This document shows, piece after piece, positions 57,083 through 64,000 of a stretch of DNA of 64,000 bases (positions are counted from its first letter, which is position 1; each line of letters starts with the position of its first letter). Both the position numbers and the translations under genes were made by a program. The notes under the pieces are model-generated. The model ran no database searches and was not told where the DNA came from. It saw nothing but the letters and a program-made list of their open reading frames with translations. The DNA is from a virus: the IMG/VR virus record IMGVR_UViG_3300023179_000033, positions 1-64,000 of that record; one strand, 5' to 3'.

Positions 57083-57895
57083 ATGAGTTTAAAATTAAAA
57101 CAAAATCAAGAAACAATTTCTATTGGAAGCTCTGAATTAGTAGAAAATCCAAGTATATTTTCAGGAATCCCAGTTGAAGAACAAAAGCAAGATTTGCAAG
57201 TTCCACCAAATATCATCACAAGAAACCAATATGGTCTTTTAGAAAATGCAAGTATTAAATATATATATAATGATGATGGAACAATCAATTGGCGTAAAAT
57301 GGTAAAGACGGAGTATCTTGTGCCTAATCGTCAAAAGACACAAGAAATAGATGTTTCTAAATTAGAAGATAAAGATTTATTAATCCTCTTGGGCGGAATC
57401 AAAGAATTAGCTCAAATTCGTGGATATACAACTGTAGAATATAAAGTAGTTGCCGCCACAGAAAATTATTTCGCTACAAGCTGTAGGATAACTTGGATTC
57501 CTAACTATGAAACAAATGGCAAGGAAATTGTATTTGAATCTCTTGCAGATGCCACAACAAATAATACTAAATCTTTTGCTCGATTCTTTCTTGCTGCGAT
57601 AGCAGAAAATAGAGCATTTGTTCGTTGTGTTCGTAATTTCTTAAAAATTAATATTGTATCTCAAGAAGAGCTTGGTGATGCTAAATTGCTTGATGAGGCA
57701 GTTTCATCTCAAGAAAATCCCACTTCACCACATGCATTACTTGAAAAAGTCATGAAAGATAAGGGAATTACTTTTGAAATTTTAAAGAAAAAATTAATAA
57801 AAGAAAAAATTGATAATGCTGAAAATATTAATGCTGTAACCGATATACCTAAAAGTAAAATATTTGAATTAATAGAAAGAATTAAAAAGATTTAA
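57083..57895 (+). CDS. possible Rad52/Sak-like single-strand annealing protein
   Basis: LADA...AIAENRAFVRCVRNFL resembles the AETRA..RA helix; last gene of the replication module. Confidence 0.45.
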   Translation: MSLKLKQNQETISIGSSELVENPSIFSGIPVEEQKQDLQVPPNIITRNQYGLLENASIKYIYNDDGTINWRKMVKTEYLVPNRQKTQEIDVSKLEDKDLLILLGGIKELAQIRGYTTVEYKVVAATENYFATSCRITWIPNYETNGKEIVFESLADATTNNTKSFARFFLAAIAENRAFVRCVRNFLKINIVSQEELGDAKLLDEAVSSQENPTSPHALLEKVMKDKGITFEILKKKLIKEKIDNAENINAVTDIPKSKIFELIERIKKI

Positions 57896-57897
57896 TA

Positions 57898-58671
57898 TTA
57901 AGCTAATGGTTTCTTAGAGTTAGGTTGCCAATTTAGAAATATAGATAGATTACCATTCTTGTTATCTAAAGCTTGTACTGCGACAAAATCTGCGGGGACA
58001 TCATATCCAGCAAATTTTATCTTCGCAGTTCCATTAAAATTTATCCCATTTTCTCCTACTCTTGAATCTAAATTTCCTAAACCTTCCCAAGTTGCACGAA
58101 TATAGTTCCCACCAAATGTTAAGTTAGGCCAAACAGTTAAAGTATTTGGGTCAAGATATGAAAGGCCTAAACCAAAAGCTACACTAAAAGATCTTGAAAA
58201 TTCTAAATTGTAATCGTAAAAATTAGTAGGATATTCTTGTCCGGGACAAATTACTTGTTTTTCTGTTGCACCGCCCGGATCAATTCCATCATTCTGTATT
58301 TTATAAATACTTGTACCATTTGCTTCTAGATCAGGATATAAAGGTAATGAATTTAAAATAGTATCTTCATACGCGGGCGAAGATACTACAACATCTGTTG
58401 ATAATGGAGTAGTTGTTGTATCATTATTTGGACAAGCTTCATTCTCAAAAGTTGTCCATTCACCAACTTCAGTTACATTTAAAGTCCAATTTGTTGCTAT
58501 ATTTTTTAAAAAATAAAACTTATTTAAAGGCATTGAAAATGATTTCCTTGCGCTCCAATAGATATTTAAATTTTCATCTGTTATACCTTGTATCTTTTCA
58601 CTATCAGGTATAGCGTCTGGAATTGGACCTAAACGAAAGAAACCAAAAGGAGAATAAATTATATTACTCAT
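57898..58671 (-). CDS. putative virion (tail) protein
   Basis: Thr/Gly/Asn/Pro-rich; end of the minus-strand structural operon. Confidence 0.55.
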   Translation of the reverse strand: MSNIIYSPFGFFRLGPIPDAIPDSEKIQGITDENLNIYWSARKSFSMPLNKFYFLKNIATNWTLNVTEVGEWTTFENEACPNNDTTTTPLSTDVVVSSPAYEDTILNSLPLYPDLEANGTSIYKIQNDGIDPGGATEKQVICPGQEYPTNFYDYNLEFSRSFSVAFGLGLSYLDPNTLTVWPNLTFGGNYIRATWEGLGNLDSRVGENGINFNGTAKIKFAGYDVPADFVAVQALDNKNGNLSIFLNWQPNSKKPLA

Positions 58672-59123
58672 ACATACATGCGTCCAACATCTATTGCCTG
58701 AAACCCTACAGACGCCCCTCCTAATATTGTCATTAAATGATAAACAATATTATTAGATGTAGTAAAATATGTTATTCCATTTATTGTAGTAATATAAAAA
58801 CCTCCAATAAATATTATTTTTGTTAGAAGTTTATACCGATTATCAATGATAGATATTTCATCTGAAGGTAATGAGGTTGAAACTTTTATCTCTGCGCTTA
58901 TAATCGTTACATTTTTAGCCACATTGCATTCTAAGTAAACATTATTTAAAATATCTTTTGTATAAGATAAATTTTTACCAATATTTTTTATATTCACTGG
59001 TGTTCCTGTATATGAATCATATAGAATAGACGAAGGTTCTATGCTGATCCCTTGGCCATTATAAAAAATTTTAAATGGATGCGTATTGGTTAAATTTTCA
59101 AATGATGGATATAAAGTACTCAT
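58668..59123 (-). CDS. putative tail protein (paralog set)
   Basis: HPF, ILYDS, VYLECNV..IISAEIK. Confidence 0.55.
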   Translation of the reverse strand: MSTLYPSFENLTNTHPFKIFYNGQGISIEPSSILYDSYTGTPVNIKNIGKNLSYTKDILNNVYLECNVAKNVTIISAEIKVSTSLPSDEISIIDNRYKLLTKIIFIGGFYITTINGITYFTTSNNIVYHLMTILGGASVGFQAIDVGRMYV

Positions 59124-59125
59124 AT

Positions 59126-59647
59126 TTATTCAATTGTACTCGTAATTCCAAGATATACAATTGGTGAACCATTTGCGAGTGCAAAAAAAGTCCTAATAAT
59201 TGAATATCCTGTACCTATAAATGTATAATTAGTTATACTGCAATCCTTATTAGATACATCTTCAATAAATGGTCTGGACATAGATTTTCTTCCTCCTTGT
59301 CCAATCAAAGCTAATAAAGCTCTGACTTTAGATTGAGTAAATCCTTCCGCTCCATCAGATCCCTCTATACTAGGTAAAAAAACAGAAGATCCTTTTATAG
59401 ATGCACTCGTTATTTGAAAAGATTGATTAATATCACACTCTAAATAAACATAAAATTTAGAATCAACACTATTTAAATTTGCATTAATTTTTTGACTTTT
59501 ATTTGCATCTGTTATATTCGTAATATGTTTTCTTTGAACAGAATCATAAATAATACAATTATCAACATAGAAATAAAAATCATTTCCTTTTTTAGAAATA
59601 TCTACAAGATATAATTGATTTGGTTGTTTTTCAAAAATATTTGTCAT
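59126..59647 (-). CDS. putative tail protein (paralog set)
   Basis: IIYDS, VYLECDI..ITSASIK. Confidence 0.55.
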   Translation of the reverse strand: MTNIFEKQPNQLYLVDISKKGNDFYFYVDNCIIYDSVQRKHITNITDANKSQKINANLNSVDSKFYVYLECDINQSFQITSASIKGSSVFLPSIEGSDGAEGFTQSKVRALLALIGQGGRKSMSRPFIEDVSNKDCSITNYTFIGTGYSIIRTFFALANGSPIVYLGITSTIE

Positions 59648-59648
59648 T

Positions 59649-60185
59649 TTATATTACAGGATAATCTATACCAAAAAATTTATTTGATAAAATACTTAAA
59701 TTATTAGTCCTAACTAATTGTATAACTTTAGATCTTCCAGCAAAAGGTAATATGGCAAAAACTCGTCTTAATTTCGTTGTAGAATAATAACGAAAATTTT
59801 TGTACGCTTGATTCTTAGCATAAACTTTTACGAGCATGTCTGACTCAAAATTAGTTATTGTATCTATATTATCAATGACTTGAAATTGACCCTTTGTAAT
59901 TTTATATTTTATCGTACTATTTGAATCCTCTTCTGAAGCCACTGTCAGAAGCAAAATAAGATACATGTCTTTATTATTAAAAGAAAAATTTGTCCAAGTA
60001 TCAAAAGATGGGGTAAAACTATTAAAAGATGATCCATATGAATCTGTTATTGATCCTCCAGATTTTATTTTATATTGAAAAGATTTTTCATTTGAATTAC
60101 TTGGATCTTTTCTCATTTCTACTTTAAATCCAGATTCATATAAATCTGGAAATGCATCAAAATCTTTAGCAAATGAATTACTCAT
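59649..60185 (-). CDS. putative tail protein (possible distant paralog)
   Basis: ITDS, YLILLLTV..IT; similar size. Confidence 0.5.
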   Translation of the reverse strand: MSNSFAKDFDAFPDLYESGFKVEMRKDPSNSNEKSFQYKIKSGGSITDSYGSSFNSFTPSFDTWTNFSFNNKDMYLILLLTVASEEDSNSTIKYKITKGQFQVIDNIDTITNFESDMLVKVYAKNQAYKNFRYYSTTKLRRVFAILPFAGRSKVIQLVRTNNLSILSNKFFGIDYPVI

Positions 60186-60189
60186 AAGA

Positions 60190-62421
60190 TTATACTCCTG
60201 TTATATAGGTTGTATATGTAGTATTACCTGTTCCAGATAATGTAAGTTTTCCAATCATACCACTATAATCCAAGAAAGACTGATAATTAAAACGAATATT
60301 AAATAATGTTCCAGTATCATACATAAAAGAGCCAGAATATCCAGTTATTGCTTTATTATAATATAATCCTGTATATGCTACATCATTTATTCCTGTATCA
60401 AAAACTCCAGTAAATATATTAAATGAACCGCTAAATGATTTTTCGTAGATTGGAACATTTGGAATAAAACCAGTTACTAAAATATCTCCAGTAGTAAAAT
60501 TATAAATACCAGTTGCATATTTTAATGGTTGACCAAATTCAGTTACGCCTAGATTACCAGTTACATTTTGATAATTTCCGCTAGTTATAAATATTAATTG
60601 ATTAATTAATATCGTTCCATCTGAATCAATTTGATTTATATCGCCGCTTTGTAGACCTGTATATAAACCACTAATTATTTTTGAACCAGTAATATTTATT
60701 CCTGTAACATTAAAAATTCCATTACTAGAAAATAACTTTCCTGTAGACAAAATACCAGTTAATTGCGTAGCTGTTCCTTGATCTATTTGAATTTGCCCAG
60801 TAAATAATCCTGTCCATGAAAATGGATCTCCACTAATACTTGTTGAAGCGTAAGCTAGTCCACTTAAATATCCATTCCCAATTACTAGCGATTGACTTTG
60901 ATATTCTGTTGAGTCTATGTATCCAGTTAAATCACCAGTAAATACCCCTGTGACATTCCATCTGCCGCTTTGTCTAACTAAAGTTTCCGCACCAGTTATT
61001 ATACCACTTCCTGTTATTAATATAAAACTCGCATTACCATTATATTCTGAAAAATATGCTATCGTAGGATATCCAGTTGGCAATAATACATCACCAGTAA
61101 TTAATCTATAATTTAAATCTTCTCTTAGATATCCACTCATAAATCCAGTTATAGATTCAACAAGATAAAATGGATTATCAGGAGGATTAACGTTCATTGT
61201 AGCACCATCTCTATAGAATACAAATCCTGTACCAGTAAGATATCCTGTCCACCAAGAAGTATTAAAACCAGTTGCTTGAGATGCACCTTCGCCAGTAAAC
61301 CTTTGAGTATAGAAAAAATATCCTGTTGCAAATCCAGTTATAAATCCACTTGCTGTATATGTTAGATCTGGATAATTAAATATTCCTGTTGCTGTCACAT
61401 TTCTTACACCAGTAACTAATACTGTATCTGTATACAAATTATTTCTAAAGTTATAACCAGATATAAGAGCTAAACCTGTAAAATTGAAATCTCTACTACC
61501 CAAATCTGCTTCTGTAATTCTTCCTGTACCAAGAAGATTATAACCATATCCAGTTCCAGTTAAAAGACCAAGGGTATCTCCAGTTGCACCAGAAAAATAT
61601 TGAAATTTAATTTCAAGAGGTAAATTATTATATCCTGTTAATACTATCTCTCCAGAAGTTACCTGTTTAGAATAAGTAAGATTCATATAACCTTCATTTA
61701 AAACTTCTCTCTGTCCGCTAAGTAAAAGACCATCTGGATTAGTAAATAGAGTAACAATATCCTCAATGTTATATAATCCTGTTATATTAATAATTTGATT
61801 TATTTTACCAAAATTTGTAAATAAATTTAAAGTCAAATTATAACCACCAACATCATTGACTGTGTTTAGAACAATCTGACCACTTTTTAATCCACTAACA
61901 ATACTATTTATTCCATTAATACTAAATTGACCAGTTGGAGTTAAACTACCAGAAAATATTTTAAATGCAAGATTAGTTTGATTATTTAAAATAAAACCCG
62001 TATAAAGTTTTCCAGCTTTGAAATTCTCTGGTAATACAAAATTATAAATAGCAGGATTTGCACTATTTATTTTTAAATCTGTGTTTAAAATACAATTTGA
62101 AGCATTATAAAAGAAGTTATCAACTTTAAAATTATTTTTAATTCCATTAAAACAAAGAGGTATATTATTGATATAATAAGAATAATTAGCATTCTCTAAA
62201 TCGCCAGAAATTTTAAAATTTGTATTAGCTAAATAAGAATGCACGTATCTATTTTCAAAATCAAAAACTTTTCCGCTTTGAAATGTGAATTGAATTTTAT
62301 TTCCTTCTCCAGAAAAACCAAATGCACCAGAACCTGTTACATTATTAATAGATAAATTTAAGTCAAAACTTAAACCAGTTTGTTCAAAAATAGATCTATA
62401 ACTATAGCCAGAGATTAACAT
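60190..62421 (-). CDS. Thr-Gly/Ser-Gly-rich virion fibre-like protein
   Basis: dozens of [T/S]G dipeptides in beta-type context. Confidence 0.65.
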   Translation of the reverse strand: MLISGYSYRSIFEQTGLSFDLNLSINNVTGSGAFGFSGEGNKIQFTFQSGKVFDFENRYVHSYLANTNFKISGDLENANYSYYINNIPLCFNGIKNNFKVDNFFYNASNCILNTDLKINSANPAIYNFVLPENFKAGKLYTGFILNNQTNLAFKIFSGSLTPTGQFSINGINSIVSGLKSGQIVLNTVNDVGGYNLTLNLFTNFGKINQIINITGLYNIEDIVTLFTNPDGLLLSGQREVLNEGYMNLTYSKQVTSGEIVLTGYNNLPLEIKFQYFSGATGDTLGLLTGTGYGYNLLGTGRITEADLGSRDFNFTGLALISGYNFRNNLYTDTVLVTGVRNVTATGIFNYPDLTYTASGFITGFATGYFFYTQRFTGEGASQATGFNTSWWTGYLTGTGFVFYRDGATMNVNPPDNPFYLVESITGFMSGYLREDLNYRLITGDVLLPTGYPTIAYFSEYNGNASFILITGSGIITGAETLVRQSGRWNVTGVFTGDLTGYIDSTEYQSQSLVIGNGYLSGLAYASTSISGDPFSWTGLFTGQIQIDQGTATQLTGILSTGKLFSSNGIFNVTGINITGSKIISGLYTGLQSGDINQIDSDGTILINQLIFITSGNYQNVTGNLGVTEFGQPLKYATGIYNFTTGDILVTGFIPNVPIYEKSFSGSFNIFTGVFDTGINDVAYTGLYYNKAITGYSGSFMYDTGTLFNIRFNYQSFLDYSGMIGKLTLSGTGNTTYTTYITGV

Positions 62422-62422
62422 A

Positions 62423-64000
62423 TTATGTTGGTCGGTAAGTATTTAATTTTATTGTTGGTTGTATTTTTTGGGCAATCGCTTCTCTTTTTGGTAATACTTT
62501 TGGTCTATTCGCAAAACTTATTTGAGAGGTCGCTCCGTTTTCATTTAAATTTATACTAAATGAAGTTAATCCTTTATCAGGGCTAATATAATCTACAAGA
62601 TCTCCAAAATTTAATCCAATAATTGAAAGAGATAAATTTTTTCTTGGCGAAGTAACAGAATTTACAATTTTTTTACTAAGATCTGCGTGATATTGGGCAG
62701 GAGTAACAGTTTTGAAATTTTTTGTGGCGCCATCTGGCACAAACATATTTATTATAGTAGATCCATCCACAGGATCAAGATCATTTGTTATATCAGATTC
62801 TGCAACATGTAATGATAATGTATTATCATCAATGTCATTTATATTTCCAAAAACTAATTTTTGTCCCGGTACAGTAAATTTTACAGAGCTAGAGACTGTT
62901 TCATAACCATAATATGGCGTTTCCGCAGGTGCAATAAGATTAATAGATCTTTCTCCATTGTAAATTAACGATACAGTTCTAGCGGTTGGACTGTTTAATC
63001 CAACAAATGGAGTATTCTGATCTGGACATTTTCCACAAACTTGCTGTAATAAATCTGCTTCACAAACAGTAATACATTCACTACTTTTTTCACTATTTTC
63101 TTGTCCCTTTACTACTTCTTTTGTATTTTTCATTGTAGTTGTAGTAACTTGCATAATCTTGTTAAGAACACCTTTGGGAGGTAGAAATACAAATACAACT
63201 TTTCTTTGACCATCTTGTACATTTGAATCTTTTAGATTATTTATTAAAGTTATAACCTTATTTGCTTGTTCGGCTAACTTAGTATCTCCAACGCATTCTG
63301 CGGTATTTTTTGCTCCATCAAGTCTTACGTAACCAAGTCCATCTAAGTCTTGAATTGCTTCTTTATATTTTAAAAAAGGATCATCTTTGTTATCATCTAA
63401 CATTGCTTTATCATATTCATCTTGCGTTGTTCCATACGCTGTACTTCTTGAAAATAAATAAAATGTAGGAATATTCCATTCTATCCCGCTATTTTCTGGT
63501 ATAGGTCCTTCTATAACTTTGGCAAATGGAAGATCATATTTATTCTTATTTGTATAAATTTCTGAAGTTGGATTAATAGTAGTTTTTCTTTCTGCAAATA
63601 AACTTGTACTACAAGAACGACTATCTATGGAAGGCGCATTAGCACCTTCATAATATTTTCCAATCATATCTGCGATAGCCGCTTCCCAGTCTTGATAAAG
63701 TTTTAATTTATCTGGATCATATAATGCTACAAAAACTTGCGCTCCATTATACTTAGCAATAAAATCTGTAATCGCTGGATTATTATAACCATAATCATAT
63801 ATTTTTGTCCAAAAATTATCATTTACTTGGCCTTTTTCAATCGTTTCAAAAGAACTAAGCGCAGTATAACCAAGTGGCTCATAATCATTATTCATGATAG
63901 CGTAAACATTTCTTGCAGCAGGACTATATTTTCCAAGAATTGCTCTTGTAACATCATAGTTTGAAACTTTAAGTTTCTCAGGTTTAATACAATTAAACGT
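62423..64000 (-). CDS. large structural protein, partial (continues beyond the window)
   Basis: frame stays open from 63895 to 64000 (TFNCIKPEKLKVSNYDVTRAILGKYSPAARNVYAI). Confidence 0.7.
   Translation of the reverse strand, partial: TFNCIKPEKLKVSNYDVTRAILGKYSPAARNVYAIMNNDYEPLGYTALSSFETIEKGQVNDNFWTKIYDYGYNNPAITDFIAKYNGAQVFVALYDPDKLKLYQDWEAAIADMIGKYYEGANAPSIDSRSCSTSLFAERKTTINPTSEIYTNKNKYDLPFAKVIEGPIPENSGIEWNIPTFYLFSRSTAYGTTQDEYDKAMLDDNKDDPFLKYKEAIQDLDGLGYVRLDGAKNTAECVGDTKLAEQANKVITLINNLKDSNVQDGQRKVVFVFLPPKGVLNKIMQVTTTTMKNTKEVVKGQENSEKSSECITVCEADLLQQVCGKCPDQNTPFVGLNSPTARTVSLIYNGERSINLIAPAETPYYGYETVSSSVKFTVPGQKLVFGNINDIDDNTLSLHVAESDITNDLDPVDGSTIINMFVPDGATKNFKTVTPAQYHADLSKKIVNSVTSPRKNLSLSIIGLNFGDLVDYISPDKGLTSFSINLNENGATSQISFANRPKVLPKREAIAQKIQPTIKLNTYRPT

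Noticed and set aside
3977-63964. Short overlapping ORFs in the track (e.g. 3977, 4210, 7930, 12624, 15812, 24699, 27484, 35016, 41459, 60917, 63737)
   Set aside because: Antisense or alternate-frame shadows of well-supported genes, with no recognisable motifs
1-64000. Stop-codon reassignment
   Set aside because: Conserved genes are full length under the standard code and coding density is high

Overview
A very AT-rich (roughly 25% GC by eye), gene-dense segment of a large tailed dsDNA bacteriophage genome, read with the standard genetic code. From left to right it holds: (i) nucleotide metabolism genes (short PurA, GMP-reductase-like GuaB/GuaC protein, dCMP deaminase, dNMP kinase, class Ia NrdAB) and a phage sigma factor; (ii) RNA genes: a tRNA-Ser with an unusual ACU anticodon, a tmRNA with a long tag, and an unrecognised structured RNA of about 300 nt with its own promoter; (iii) probable head-internal proteins, a PEP-CTERM cell-surface cassette and an Hsp20 with a sigma54-type promoter; (iv) a 15.5-kb glycan biosynthesis and methylation cluster; (v) a replication module (RecA, DnaB with a class-3-type intein, ThyX with an HNH intein, primase, PD-(D/E)XK nuclease, DnaE split into PHP, exonuclease and polymerase genes); (vi) the end of a minus-strand virion structural module. 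Besides many near-consensus sigma70 promoters, a GTGTAA-type motif recurs 7-12 nt before start codons. PEP-CTERM and sigma54 signals suggest a Gram-negative host, possibly Verrucomicrobia/PVC (inference). All calls come from manual motif reading; no searches were run.
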